DNA of 64,000 bases from a virus. Lineage: Duplodnaviria > Caudoviricetes. Position 1 is the stretch's first letter; each line of letters begins with the position of its first letter. Below are positions 1 to 10,862 of the stretch, piece by piece. The translations under genes were made by a program, and so were the position numbers. The DNA lies in IMG/VR virus record IMGVR_UViG_3300029305_001452, positions 64,001 to 128,000 of that record. One strand, given 5' to 3'. The notes beneath the pieces were generated by a model. The model saw only the letters and a program-made list of their open reading frames with translations, did not search any database and was not told where the DNA came from.

Positions 1-27
1 GCAAGGGATACTATACAAGTCAGGGGC

Positions 28-56
28 TTGACAAATGAAGAGAAATATGATATAAT
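28..56 (+). promoter_or_regulatory. sigmaA-type promoter
   Basis: TTGACA (28-33), 17 bp, TG-n-TATAAT (51-56); ACAAAATGAAT motif follows at 77. Confidence 0.8.
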
Positions 57-123
57 ACAGCCATCAAGAAAACAATACAAAATGAATGTGTTGGAAGCTG
101 GTGGGAAAGGAGCGAATTTATGA

Positions 124-330
124 GTGAGTACAAAAGAAGAAAAAACATGGGTCCAATGTCTTAATTGTGGACATATATATATAATAGAACGAAAAATTCC
201 AATTGCCATTTCTATAGTGAAATCGTGGTGTCCAAAGTGTGAACATAATCATGCACTTAATTGTGGGTATAGTGAAATGGATTTAATGGAATTGAAAGAC
301 CCTTATTTAGACGAGAGATATTTTTATTAA
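124..330 (+). CDS. small zinc-ribbon protein
   Basis: CxxC...CPKC; RBS GGAG upstream; downstream of the promoter. Confidence 0.6.
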   Translation: MSTKEEKTWVQCLNCGHIYIIERKIPIAISIVKSWCPKCEHNHALNCGYSEMDLMELKDPYLDERYFY

Positions 331-364
331 CAACAATACAAAATGAATGAAAGGAAAATGAAGA

Positions 365-1582
365 ATGGCAGATTTGTTTAACTTCACGGGCAAAATTGCT
401 CTAGGTAAAGATAGTGAAAAGTTTCATCCAATTGAGAGAAAGGAATTTCAAAGTGGATGGGTTAGTACAAGCGTAAAGTTTAATTGTATTAGTGGTACTA
501 ATAGAGTTCTATGTATGACTCAAGGTGGTAAGTGGAAGGACGATAAGAAGAATACTGTTAAGACTTTTGGTAAGTCAACCACTGACGAAAATGGAAAGGT
601 AACTAAGGGAACTGTAATTGAAATTCCTTGGGTAAAGAGATTTGACGAAGATCAAATTGCAAAGGTTGCAGGTTTTAGAAAGTTTGTAGTCGATACTGGT
701 GACTATAAGATGAGATACAAGTTACAGGATCTTGTTAAGGCATTTGAAAACGGAACTGTTACTGATGAAATGATGGAAGAAGTAGGTTTCGACAATCTAG
801 ACGATGCTAAGGTTGCACTAGAAAAGTCTCAGGCAAAGAGAAAGGAATTTGTTTCAGAGTGGGACTTTGCAGAATATATGGTAAAGGTTGCTCAGTCTGA
901 TAAGCTAAAGAATAAGCTATTCAATATTTCCGGTAGTTATGAAGTGTCTTATAATGCAGACAAGGATAAGTTCTATACGAACTATCATGTAAATAGAGTT
1001 ACTCTTGCAGCAGAAGATGCAGAATCTAAGACGGAAATGAAAACAGATTTCTATTTTGGTGAAGAGGCTTGGGATGACAGCACTTATGATGAAACTGGAA
1101 AGTGTTTTGTTAATGGTTGGTTTGCATATTATGACAATAATCTAAAGAAGACTGGTTTTAAGGATGCTGTAGTTGTTATCAGAGAAGAGAATGAAAAGAA
1201 GAGAAATGCTCTAAAGAGAAAATTCTCTTGTGATGACGGAATTAAGCAGATTGGTCTAACCCTAAGTGTTATTGAGGGCGCTGAGGTTATTGAGCTGACA
1301 ATGGATATGCTTGATGACGAAACTAGAGAAGATATCGAGTGCGGTCTACTAGATTTTGAGGATGTTAAGAGAGAACTAGGTGGTAGAGCAATTGGCGACA
1401 GAGTAAGCGAATTGAGATTTACAGAGCTAACTCCTAAGAAGAATGTTGCTCAGGATACCGTATATAGTATAGAAGATATGCATCCTGCAAGAGAAGATGT
1501 AATTGAAGAGAATGAAGATGAAGATATCGACACTGTAGAAGATGGTACAGTTATAGATATTTTTGATGATGATGATTTATAA
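365..1582 (+). CDS. putative phage ssDNA-binding / replication protein
   Basis: 405 aa, beta-rich, very acidic C-terminus (DIFDDDDL), first gene of the replication cluster. Confidence 0.5.
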   Translation: MADLFNFTGKIALGKDSEKFHPIERKEFQSGWVSTSVKFNCISGTNRVLCMTQGGKWKDDKKNTVKTFGKSTTDENGKVTKGTVIEIPWVKRFDEDQIAKVAGFRKFVVDTGDYKMRYKLQDLVKAFENGTVTDEMMEEVGFDNLDDAKVALEKSQAKRKEFVSEWDFAEYMVKVAQSDKLKNKLFNISGSYEVSYNADKDKFYTNYHVNRVTLAAEDAESKTEMKTDFYFGEEAWDDSTYDETGKCFVNGWFAYYDNNLKKTGFKDAVVVIREENEKKRNALKRKFSCDDGIKQIGLTLSVIEGAEVIELTMDMLDDETREDIECGLLDFEDVKRELGGRAIGDRVSELRFTELTPKKNVAQDTVYSIEDMHPAREDVIEENEDEDIDTVEDGTVIDIFDDDDL

Positions 1583-1601
1583 GAGAAAAGGGGTATAACA
1601 G

Positions 1602-2750
1602 ATGGCAGAGAGAAAATTTGGAAGAACCTATAAAATGAGCGAAAAGTTTGAAGATTATTCATATATCATTAACGGTGTTGGTGGTATTGGTAAGACAACC
1701 TTAGTATATGAAATTGGTAAGTTAGTTACAGGCAGCAACGAAGGTACTTTTATCATCACTTGTGGTGGTGAAAATAAGCCCAAGCACATTCCTGATGCGT
1801 TCGGTGATGTAGCACCCGACTTCAAGACTTTTGTTGCTATCGTAAAGGAACTTTGTACAAACAAGGAAGCATACCCCGATACAAAGTTCGTTGCAATTGA
1901 CTCCCTAGATGAGTTTGCAAGAATTGCAGAGGCTTATGTAATTGCTGAATGGAACGCAACTTGTGATATTAACGAAAGAGCAAAGAGTATTTCACAGGCA
2001 TATAAGGGATTCCAGAAGGGTGAATCTAGAGCTTGTGATCTAATGATTCAGCAGGTTATGAAGCTACAGGAAGCTGGATATAGCCTATTGGAAATTGGCC
2101 ATACTAAGACAAAGTCTAAGACTGATGTAATTACTCAAGTACAGTTTGAGCAGTTAACTTGTAATCTAGACAATAAGTATTATAATGCACTAAAGGATAA
2201 GGTAAACCTAGTTGCAATGTGTTACTTCCAGCATATTATTGAGAATGTTGAAGAGAAGAAGAATGCATTCACTAAGAAGATGGATAAGGTTGGTGAGCTA
2301 GTTGACCGTAAGAGAATTATGGTATTTGCAGACGATGATAATGCAATTGACTGTAAGAGCCACTTTGAGTACATTACCCACCAGATTGATTTTAGTGCCG
2401 AGGGCTTTGTGAGGGCGGTTGAAGAGGCGATTGCTCTTAAGCTAGAAGCCTTTAATGGAAATGTACCTAAGAAGCCTACTAAGGCAACTAAGCCAACACC
2501 TACTCCTGTGGTTGTAGAGGACGATTTAGATGAAGATGAACCACCCTTCGATGTTGATGAGGATTTAGATGATACTCTTGATGTAGATTTCGATTTTGAT
2601 GCCGTAAGAACAGAAATCAGAAACAAGAATAAAGCTGGCACCCCTGAACAGAAGAAGACAGTTAAGGCACTTCTAAATTCTACTGGCAAGAAGCTAGACG
2701 AACTAGAAGATGTTGAAGTGTTAACTAAGATGTTAGAGGTATTTGAATAA
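1602..2750 (+). CDS. AAA ATPase (Sak4/AAA_24-like, SPbeta YorG-like)
   Basis: Walker A GVGGIGKTT, Walker B VAIDSLD, acidic linker. Confidence 0.75.
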   Translation: MAERKFGRTYKMSEKFEDYSYIINGVGGIGKTTLVYEIGKLVTGSNEGTFIITCGGENKPKHIPDAFGDVAPDFKTFVAIVKELCTNKEAYPDTKFVAIDSLDEFARIAEAYVIAEWNATCDINERAKSISQAYKGFQKGESRACDLMIQQVMKLQEAGYSLLEIGHTKTKSKTDVITQVQFEQLTCNLDNKYYNALKDKVNLVAMCYFQHIIENVEEKKNAFTKKMDKVGELVDRKRIMVFADDDNAIDCKSHFEYITHQIDFSAEGFVRAVEEAIALKLEAFNGNVPKKPTKATKPTPTPVVVEDDLDEDEPPFDVDEDLDDTLDVDFDFDAVRTEIRNKNKAGTPEQKKTVKALLNSTGKKLDELEDVEVLTKMLEVFE

Positions 2751-2759
2751 AAACACTTA

Positions 2760-2793
2760 TGGTGGGGTGGGAAACCACCTCACCAAATTTTTT
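2760..2793 (+). terminator. Rho-independent terminator
   Basis: TGGTGGGGTGG-GAAA-CCACCTCACCA followed by a T-run. Confidence 0.8.
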
Positions 2794-2861
2794 CATAATG
2801 TACGTAAATATGTACAAAAGATGTTATTTTGTAAATATTTATTTACGTTAGGAGGTATAAT

Positions 2862-3365
2862 ATGAGAGCGAAATGTCGTATATGTGGTGAACCATTAGAT
2901 ACTAAGATAGCATATATGGTAATTACTAATGGAAAGAAAGCTTATTACTGTAGCCAGGAAGAATATGATGCAGACCAGAGCAAAAAGAAAAAGGTGGCAG
3001 AAGATAAGGATAAAGTATATAGATTAGTCTGTGATATTATAGCACGGAAAGAGATCACTAACACGGCTCTATTTGCAGAGTGGAAGATTTGGAACAAGGT
3101 TGCTGATAATGATAAAATTGGACAATATTTATATGAAAATAAGGAATTTTTATATAATACTATTGCAAGACTTGAAGACAAAGAATTCAATCGGATTAGA
3201 TACCTAAGTGCAATTTTGAAGAATAAGCTAGGTGATTATAAGCAAAGTGTAGTTGTAAGCGAAGTAGAAAAACCAAAGGTAAAGGTTGATGAAACTTTCT
3301 ATGAGGTTGCTACAGCTACTCGCAACAGACGTAGATCCTTGGCAGATTTGGAGGATGAATTTTAA
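2862..3365 (+). CDS. replication-associated Zn-finger protein (helicase loader/initiator candidate)
   Basis: N-terminal CRIC...YYCS; stop overlaps the helicase start. Confidence 0.45.
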   Translation: MRAKCRICGEPLDTKIAYMVITNGKKAYYCSQEEYDADQSKKKKVAEDKDKVYRLVCDIIARKEITNTALFAEWKIWNKVADNDKIGQYLYENKEFLYNTIARLEDKEFNRIRYLSAILKNKLGDYKQSVVVSEVEKPKVKVDETFYEVATATRNRRRSLADLEDEF

Positions 3366-4945
3366 TGGATAAAAGTCAATTTATTAGTGGAGCATTTGAT
3401 GTTTATGATGAAAGACTATTAGAAACGAGACTTACAGAAGAGGGAAATATTTGTGGTTGCCTTTTGAACGATATAACTTTATATGATGATTGTGGATTAT
3501 CTCATAAGGATTTCATAACTAAGTCTGGTCGTATGCTATTTACAATTGGAAAGCAAATTAGAGATAAAAAATATCACACATTTGATGAAATTACATTCAT
3601 TTCTAATGCAAACGAAGACCTAAGAGATAAAATCAACAATGAGTTTGGTGGTTTTAAACAGATTCAGAATGTCATGGATGCGGTTTCGGTTAAGAATTAT
3701 GATTCATTTTTAGATGATTTAAATAAGAGTAATATTATTCTATCTTTATATAGAAAAAACTTTAACCTTTTAAATGAAATGACATTAGATAATGGAAAGA
3801 AAGTTATCCCTTATCAACTGTTTAAGAAGTTTACGGCGTCAGAAGTTATTGATTTCTATGAGGGAACCTTGGCAACACTTGACACAAAAATCAATAGTTC
3901 AAAGATTATTGAACAGGGATTTATTGACTTCGATGATGCGTTTCTTGAAAGATTGGAAAATAAAGAAGAGGTCGGCGTCAGTTTTGGTGAGGCTGGTTTA
4001 GATGTTAATGGAAATGTGATTAAAACATTCCCATTCATGTCCTCGAACATACTCGGAGTAAAGCACGGCACTTTAAATTGTTGGGCAGCACATTCCGGTG
4101 CTGGAAAATCAACATATATGATCACAACGCTTATGAGCCTTATCTCTCAAGGTGAAACTGTGACTATGATAACAAATGAGAGTTCTGTATCCGATGTAAA
4201 AATACAATTCCTTGTATGGGTACTAACTCGTTGCCTAAATTATTGGGAAGTAACAAAAAAGAAGTTGGCGTCCGGCAACTTAACAGATCAAGATAGGCAG
4301 AAAATTAAGGAAGCAAGACAGTATTGGAAAGAACATTATGCAAAGGCAATTAAAATTACTAGCCTAAGTGATGCGGATGCAAGATTGACTTGTCAAATTA
4401 TTAAAAAGGATATTACCCGTGGTGGTTATTCTTGTTTCTTGGTTGATACATTTAAGCTATCTATGGATGGTGGCAATAATGAAGCTTTTTGGATGAGTCT
4501 TATTAAGGACACTAGAGCATTAACGGAAATCGCAATGAGATATAATGTAATTGGTCTTATGACTGTTCAGTTGGCCCTTAATTCTTTAAATAGATGTTGG
4601 ATTGATGCAAGCTGCCTATCTAATTCACGTGGAATTAAAGAAACACTATCCAACTTAATTATGTTTAGAAAGGTAACTGATGCGGAATTAGATCCAAGTA
4701 GTCCATATTTTATTCATCCATTTAGACACAAACAAAAGGAAGATGGAAGTTGGTATGAAGAAGAGTTTTTACCAGACAGAAGCAAAGTGTGGCGTTTGTT
4801 CTTTATAGATAAGTGTAGAAGAGGAGCGGACAGTAATGATACTGGTATTGCATATCTAGTAAGATATGATGGTGATTTCTGTTGTTTTTACGAAAGCGCC
4901 AAAGCGAGACCTACACATAAGCTTATTAATACAGAGGGTAGATAA
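3365..4945 (+). CDS. dnaB: replicative DnaB-like helicase
   Basis: Walker A AHSGAGKST, Walker B FLVDTFK, VQL and KCRRG motifs of SF4 helicases. Confidence 0.85.
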   Translation: MDKSQFISGAFDVYDERLLETRLTEEGNICGCLLNDITLYDDCGLSHKDFITKSGRMLFTIGKQIRDKKYHTFDEITFISNANEDLRDKINNEFGGFKQIQNVMDAVSVKNYDSFLDDLNKSNIILSLYRKNFNLLNEMTLDNGKKVIPYQLFKKFTASEVIDFYEGTLATLDTKINSSKIIEQGFIDFDDAFLERLENKEEVGVSFGEAGLDVNGNVIKTFPFMSSNILGVKHGTLNCWAAHSGAGKSTYMITTLMSLISQGETVTMITNESSVSDVKIQFLVWVLTRCLNYWEVTKKKLASGNLTDQDRQKIKEARQYWKEHYAKAIKITSLSDADARLTCQIIKKDITRGGYSCFLVDTFKLSMDGGNNEAFWMSLIKDTRALTEIAMRYNVIGLMTVQLALNSLNRCWIDASCLSNSRGIKETLSNLIMFRKVTDAELDPSSPYFIHPFRHKQKEDGSWYEEEFLPDRSKVWRLFFIDKCRRGADSNDTGIAYLVRYDGDFCCFYESAKARPTHKLINTEGR

Positions 4946-4951
4946 CCTGTC

Positions 4952-4980
4952 TTGACAAATTTATTTTTTTATGATATAGT
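4952..4980 (+). promoter_or_regulatory. sigmaA-type promoter
   Basis: TTGACA-17-TGaTATAGT. Confidence 0.7.
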
Positions 4981-5005
4981 TAACAACACAAAATTAATGT
5001 AGGAG

Positions 5006-6022
5006 GTGAAAAATGTGCTCAATGAAATTAAAGAAAGGCTTGTAGAAAATCCAGATAAACTAATTGAATTACTAGAAACATTCGGATTTGAGCACATTAA
5101 TCACCGCAATACAGAAATAAGATTCGCACGATCAGATTCTGGTGGTGCGAACATCTCTATTAAATTAAAAAACAACCAATATTGTGTGGTTTCAGACTGG
5201 TCTCGTGGCATAAGTACTGATATTATTAGTTATATTATACAGGAAAAATCGGTGGATTTTCGTGATGTTTTACAGACAACGAAGAAAATTTTGGGACTTA
5301 ATAATGATTGGAGACCACAGCAAAAGAAAGCTTTATTTGGTGGGATATATGATAATCTTTCATGTAAAAGTAATGAAATTAAGTTAAAGATATATGATGA
5401 TAATGTATTAAATCAATACGCAAAACATACAAATTTAAAATTTTTACATGACGGAATAAGTTTAAAAGCTCAAAAGTTTTGGGATATAAGATTTTCGGTT
5501 ATGGATAATAGAATTATTATACCTATTCGAAACGAATATTCTGAATTGGTCGGTGCAAAGGGTAGATTAAATGGAGATCCTATTGATGAAGAACCGAAGT
5601 ATATGTATACAATTCCTGTAGCTATGTCTCAGGTGTTATATGGTTATTCAGAAAATTATCAATATTTATATGGAAACGACATTATTGTTGTGGAATCTGA
5701 AAAATCTGTTATGCAAGCATGGGATTTTGGTGTTAGAAATATAGTTGCACTAGGATCGAATAGTCTGTCAGAAAAACAAACAAAACTTTTATTACAGCTA
5801 CAACCTAAACGTATCATTATAGCAATGGATGAGGGATTGGAATTTGATAAAACAAAAAGAAATGCTGATATAATTAAAAGTTTTGGAACAATGTTTATGC
5901 CAGAGGTGTGGTATTGGGATTCAGATCAAGATTTAGATGTGCTACCAAAATCATCACCAACAGATATGGGAAAAGAAAAGTTTGAAGAAATTATGAAAGA
6001 ACAGTTAGTAAGAATATATTAA
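5006..6022 (+). CDS. dnaG: DNA primase (TOPRIM)
   Basis: RIIIPIRNE..GAKGR, VVESEKS, AMDEG TOPRIM motifs; follows the helicase. Confidence 0.8.
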   Translation: MKNVLNEIKERLVENPDKLIELLETFGFEHINHRNTEIRFARSDSGGANISIKLKNNQYCVVSDWSRGISTDIISYIIQEKSVDFRDVLQTTKKILGLNNDWRPQQKKALFGGIYDNLSCKSNEIKLKIYDDNVLNQYAKHTNLKFLHDGISLKAQKFWDIRFSVMDNRIIIPIRNEYSELVGAKGRLNGDPIDEEPKYMYTIPVAMSQVLYGYSENYQYLYGNDIIVVESEKSVMQAWDFGVRNIVALGSNSLSEKQTKLLLQLQPKRIIIAMDEGLEFDKTKRNADIIKSFGTMFMPEVWYWDSDQDLDVLPKSSPTDMGKEKFEEIMKEQLVRIY

Positions 6023-6047
6023 CAACACAAAATGAATGAGGTAATAT

Positions 6048-7694
6048 ATGCAGAAGAAATGGGTAGTTAAAAGCGATTGTCGTGGTATGACAACAAATGA
6101 AATTATAAATACAATTTTAGAGGATAGAGGAATAGAAAATATACATTCTCTACTATATCCAAATGAAGATTATCTTATTCCATTTGAAAAAATGAAGAAT
6201 ATAGATAGAGCAGCACAAATTATTACCAAAAATATAGAAAATAATGGTAGTTTTTTTGTGCATTTTGATACTGATACAGATGGAGTATCAGCAGGATCGA
6301 TTGCGGTTAGATGGTTAAAGAATCATACAGATAGAGTTTATTATGGAATTAACCAGGGCAAAGAACATGGTATTGCAAAGTTGGATTTATCCATATTGGA
6401 TGGCATAGATGTTTTATGGATTGTAGATTCTATTGAAACAAAAATGTTTCCATATGAAAAAGTGTTGGAAGTAGGGGTAAAACATATTATTATCACGGAT
6501 CATCACCTAGTTTCTAAGTCTATGCAAAAGCAAATGGAGAGAACTGGTGCAATTACTCTTGTAAGTTCAGCCGTAGACTATCCAAATCCTGCTCTGAGTG
6601 GTAGTGCAACAACATGGAAACTGTGTGCGTATATGGATTGGATAGAGCTAGATGATTTTAGCGATGACTTAGTTGACCTTGCTAGTACGGGTCTAATTGC
6701 AGATATGGTTGATATTAGTGCCGAATCACTAGAAAACAGATATATTTGTTATAAGGGATTTAATAATCAAGTCAATCCAGCACTTAAGAAAATTAATGGC
6801 TCTTATGAGTTTAATAGCCAAGCCGTTTCATTTGGTATAGCACCGTTGGTTAATGCAAGCAACCGTATGAATGAAAATGAAAAAGCGGTAGAACTGTTCC
6901 TATCTGAAGACTCCAAGGAAATCACTAGGCTTGTTAACGACCTAAAATCTTGTAAGGAATATCAGAATATAGAAATCGCAGATGTTATGCCAATTCTAGA
7001 AGAACAAGCAGAGTCACAAATGGATAAAAAGGTAATGTTTTTCTTTGTAGAAACCAATGCAGAAGTGAAAGGTTTAATTGGTAATAAGCTTCTTGAAAAG
7101 TACCAAAGACCAGTTATTATATTAGGAAACAGAATGGAAATTGATGAAGAGACCGGCGAGGTTGGAAAGCATGAATTCTTTGGCAGCGCGCGTGCTGTTG
7201 GTGTTAAGGATTTTAAGAAATATGTTGACGATACCGGACTTGTGTCTAGCGGTGGTCACGAGAATGCATTTGGTTTGTGGTTTGATGCCGAGGTCTTGGA
7301 AAACTTTCAAAATGCACTTGAAGAAGCACTTAAGGGTGTTGAGTTTGTACAAGAAACTATTATTGATATTCAGATTAATCAAGAGCAAATTACAGACGAT
7401 TTAATTAAACAAATAAAAATGTTAAATAGAATCTCTGGACAAGGTTGGCCTCAGATTTCTGTTATGGTAAGTGGCATTGAAGATTATGAAATTGGAGCTA
7501 TGAGTGGTGGTAAACACTTGAAGCTTATTGCCGATGGTGGTAAGACATTATTTATTAAATGGAATTTCAACGGAAATTGGGATCAGTTTAATGGTTCAAT
7601 TAGTGCTATTGGAAGTTTAGATAGTGGATGTTTTGGAAGAACTTATTATAGACAGTTAATTATGAATGATTGGAGAGTTGATGATGAGATATAA
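6048..7694 (+). CDS. recJ: RecJ-like ssDNA exonuclease (DHH family)
   Basis: DTDTDG, TDHH, GSAR and GGHENAFG motifs. Confidence 0.9.
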   Translation: MQKKWVVKSDCRGMTTNEIINTILEDRGIENIHSLLYPNEDYLIPFEKMKNIDRAAQIITKNIENNGSFFVHFDTDTDGVSAGSIAVRWLKNHTDRVYYGINQGKEHGIAKLDLSILDGIDVLWIVDSIETKMFPYEKVLEVGVKHIIITDHHLVSKSMQKQMERTGAITLVSSAVDYPNPALSGSATTWKLCAYMDWIELDDFSDDLVDLASTGLIADMVDISAESLENRYICYKGFNNQVNPALKKINGSYEFNSQAVSFGIAPLVNASNRMNENEKAVELFLSEDSKEITRLVNDLKSCKEYQNIEIADVMPILEEQAESQMDKKVMFFFVETNAEVKGLIGNKLLEKYQRPVIILGNRMEIDEETGEVGKHEFFGSARAVGVKDFKKYVDDTGLVSSGGHENAFGLWFDAEVLENFQNALEEALKGVEFVQETIIDIQINQEQITDDLIKQIKMLNRISGQGWPQISVMVSGIEDYEIGAMSGGKHLKLIADGGKTLFIKWNFNGNWDQFNGSISAIGSLDSGCFGRTYYRQLIMNDWRVDDEI

Positions 7695-10600
7695 TAATTA
7701 TCATAAGCATACAATGTATTCAAATTTACGTACACTAGATTGTATTTCAAAGCCGATTGACTATATCAATCGTGCAAAGGAACTTGGACATACTACATAT
7801 TTTACAACCGAGCATGGATACCAAAGTAATATTTTTGAAGCACATACTTTATGTAATGAACATGGTATTAAGTGTATTTATGGTGTAGAAGCATATTATG
7901 TTGATGATATTAATGATAAAACTTCTAGAGCAATGTATCATATTATACTTATTGCTATGACTGAAAATGCAAGAAAAGAAATTAATAAAATAATGTCAAC
8001 GGCAAATACCGATGGATATTATTATAAGCCTAGAATTGATTTAAATATGCTTTTATCATTAACTCCGACAGATACTGTTGTTACTACTGCTTGTGTAGCA
8101 GGCAGAATGTTTAAGGACGGATGGGAAGAAAGTTTTTTGAAGCCTGTTAAGAATCATTTTAAGGACAACTTTTTCTTAGAAGTACAAGCACATGTAGATA
8201 ATAAACAGAAAGAACATAATAGAAAAATTATTGACGCTCATAGAAAGTATGGAGTTGCAATAATTCATGCAAATGACTCACATTATATTTATCCTAATGA
8301 TTCTAAAAATAGAGATCTGTTTCTAAAAGCAAAAGGGATTGTATATGAGGAAGAGGGTGGTTTTTTGCTAGATTACCCTGATTCCGATGAAATTTTTAGA
8401 AGATATGAAGAGCAAGGAATTCTAACTAAGGAAGAAGTAACAGAAGCATTAAATAATACTTTGATTTTTGATAATTCAGAGGGCATTCATATTGATAAAG
8501 AATTTAAAATTCCTAAAATCACAGATGGTGATAGTAATAAAGTTCTTAGAAATTTAATCAATGAAGCATGGGCAAAAGAAAGAAATAATGTCCCAAAGGA
8601 AAGATGGAAAGAATATATTCAGCAGATTAAATATGAATATAAAATCATAGAAGATTGCGGAATGGCTGACTATTTTATTTTGGACCATTATATCGTAAAG
8701 AAAGCAGTTAATGAATATGATGCAATTCTGACTAGAAGCGGAAGAGGTAGTGCAGTTTCATTCTATGTCAATAAGCTTCTAGGTTTAACAGAAGTAGATA
8801 GAATTAGTGCACCTATCACACTATATCCCACTAGATTTATGTCTGCAGAACGTATTCTTTCGTCTAGATCACTACCGGATATTGACCTTAACTGGGCTGA
8901 TGTTACACCTGTTATTCAAGCAAGTAAAGATATTCTTGGTGAAGACGGTATTTATTATATGATTGCATATAAACCTCTTCAAGAATCTTCTGCATTCAGA
9001 CTTTGGTGTAAGGCTAACGATATGCATATTTCTGAATATGATGAAATTGCAAAAAATTTAGAAGAATATGAGAATCATCCAGATTGGAAACAGCTAATTG
9101 AAGATAGTAAAGTTTTCCGTGGTGTAGTAGAAAGTGTTGCACCGTCTCCTTGTTCTTTCTTGCTTTCAAATGATAAGATTTCAGAGATTGTCGGATTGGT
9201 TAAAGTTGGCGATGAAATTTGCTGCTGTCTTGATGGTTACAATTGCGATGTATATAAATATCTAAAGAATGACTATCTAACTGTTACAGTTTATAGAATT
9301 ATTGATGAAGTATATAAGTTAATTGGCAGACCTATTGATGATATTCCAACACTTATTAAAAATTGTGATGATAAAGTATGGGATTTATATGCAAATGGTC
9401 TTACAACTACTATCAATCAGGCGGATTCTGACTTTGATAAGCAAATTCTAAAGAGATATAAACCAAGAAACTTAGCAGAACTTTCCGCATATGTGGCTGC
9501 AATTCGTCCCGGTTTTGCATCGTTGCTTAATAATTTTGTTGAAAGACAGCCTTATACAACAGGAGTTAAGGATCTTGATGATATACTAGAAGATTCTTTC
9601 CATTATCTAATTTATCAGGAATCCATCATGAAGTATCTTGTTTGGTTAGGTATTGAGGAAAAGGGAACTTATGATATTATTAAGAAGATTGCAAAAAAGA
9701 AATTCAAGGAAGAAGAACTTAAAACACTAAAGACACAGCTTCTGGATGGTTGGGTCAAGAATGTTGGTAAGGAAGATGGATTTAATGAAACTTGGCAGGT
9801 TGTTGAAGATGCCGCACATTATTCATTCAATGCATCACACAGCCTATCTGTTGCAATTGATAGTCTTTATGGAGCATATTTAAAGGCTCATTATCCTTTG
9901 GAATATTTTACTGTTGCATTATCTTTATATAGTGGTGATATGAATAGAACTTCAAATCTTATTTCAGAAATGAGTCAACTTGGAATTGAATTAAAACCAA
10001 TTAAATTCCGACATTCAAACGCTAATTATAATATTGAAAAGGAAACTAACAGTATTTATAAAGGCGTAGGAGCAGTAAAATATTGCAATGAAGAAGTTGG
10101 AAATAGTCTTTATGATCTTAAAGATTGTAAATTCGATTCATTCTTAGAATTGTTAGAAATGTTTCCAGGAAACTCTCGACAACGTGAAATCCTAATTAAA
10201 CTAGGCTATTTTGAGGAGTTTGGCGGCACTCTAAAGCTACTTAAGCTTTGCGACCTATATGATCTTTACCATGGAAAAAAGTTGCTTAAAAAGGACAAGA
10301 TTGGCTTACCACTGGATTTAGTTCAAAAGTATGCTGTTTCTGAAACTGCAAAGCAATTTAAGTTTGATAAAGAAAGTATGGATAATCTTCTTCGTGAATT
10401 CGCAAAAATGATACCAGACGGTGAAATTCCTCTTCGTACTAGATTGGAATCAGAGGCTGAATATCTTGGATATATTTCATATACAAATCCTAAGTTTGAA
10501 AATACTGGATTTGTACTTGGAGTAGATACAAAATACAGCCCAAAGATTACTGTATATCATTTGGACACTGGTGTTACTACGACGTACAAACTAAGTAAAG

Positions 10601-10755
10601 TTGCATATCAGAAAAATCCTTTTGATAAAGGACAAATTATTAAATTCTATTCGCAGGATAAGCCTAAGTCAAAGTTAGTTGATGGTGAGTGGGTAAAGAC
10701 TTCTGAAACAGAGAAATGGATTTCTAACTTTATTATTAAACAGACAGACTTGTAA
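7681..10755 (+). CDS. dnaE: DNA polymerase III alpha subunit (DnaE type)
   Basis: PHP HKHTMYS and TEHG, GRGSA, PDIDL, YSFNASHS; likely start 7681/7684. Confidence 0.95.
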   Translation: MMRYNNYHKHTMYSNLRTLDCISKPIDYINRAKELGHTTYFTTEHGYQSNIFEAHTLCNEHGIKCIYGVEAYYVDDINDKTSRAMYHIILIAMTENARKEINKIMSTANTDGYYYKPRIDLNMLLSLTPTDTVVTTACVAGRMFKDGWEESFLKPVKNHFKDNFFLEVQAHVDNKQKEHNRKIIDAHRKYGVAIIHANDSHYIYPNDSKNRDLFLKAKGIVYEEEGGFLLDYPDSDEIFRRYEEQGILTKEEVTEALNNTLIFDNSEGIHIDKEFKIPKITDGDSNKVLRNLINEAWAKERNNVPKERWKEYIQQIKYEYKIIEDCGMADYFILDHYIVKKAVNEYDAILTRSGRGSAVSFYVNKLLGLTEVDRISAPITLYPTRFMSAERILSSRSLPDIDLNWADVTPVIQASKDILGEDGIYYMIAYKPLQESSAFRLWCKANDMHISEYDEIAKNLEEYENHPDWKQLIEDSKVFRGVVESVAPSPCSFLLSNDKISEIVGLVKVGDEICCCLDGYNCDVYKYLKNDYLTVTVYRIIDEVYKLIGRPIDDIPTLIKNCDDKVWDLYANGLTTTINQADSDFDKQILKRYKPRNLAELSAYVAAIRPGFASLLNNFVERQPYTTGVKDLDDILEDSFHYLIYQESIMKYLVWLGIEEKGTYDIIKKIAKKKFKEEELKTLKTQLLDGWVKNVGKEDGFNETWQVVEDAAHYSFNASHSLSVAIDSLYGAYLKAHYPLEYFTVALSLYSGDMNRTSNLISEMSQLGIELKPIKFRHSNANYNIEKETNSIYKGVGAVKYCNEEVGNSLYDLKDCKFDSFLELLEMFPGNSRQREILIKLGYFEEFGGTLKLLKLCDLYDLYHGKKLLKKDKIGLPLDLVQKYAVSETAKQFKFDKESMDNLLREFAKMIPDGEIPLRTRLESEAEYLGYISYTNPKFENTGFVLGVDTKYSPKITVYHLDTGVTTTYKLSKVAYQKNPFDKGQIIKFYSQDKPKSKLVDGEWVKTSETEKWISNFIIKQTDL

Positions 10756-10766
10756 AAAATAACTAG

Positions 10767-10827
10767 TTAGGCAGAGTGATATTTGGTCATTCTGCCTAAT
10801 TGACATTTGGAAAATATTTGTTATAAT
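10767..10827 (+). promoter_or_regulatory. hairpin (possible terminator) abutting a sigmaA promoter
   Basis: TTAGGCAGAGTGA/TCATTCTGCCTAA stem, then TTGACA (10800)-16-TATAAT. Confidence 0.65.
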
Positions 10828-10862
10828 GACAGTACAAAATTAATAACAAAGGGGTTATTTAT

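Noticed and set aside
3365-10755. Inteins or introns in the helicase, DnaE or RNR (50123-52384)
   Set aside because: Lengths are normal, motifs are contiguous, and no intein C/S...HN boundaries were noticed.
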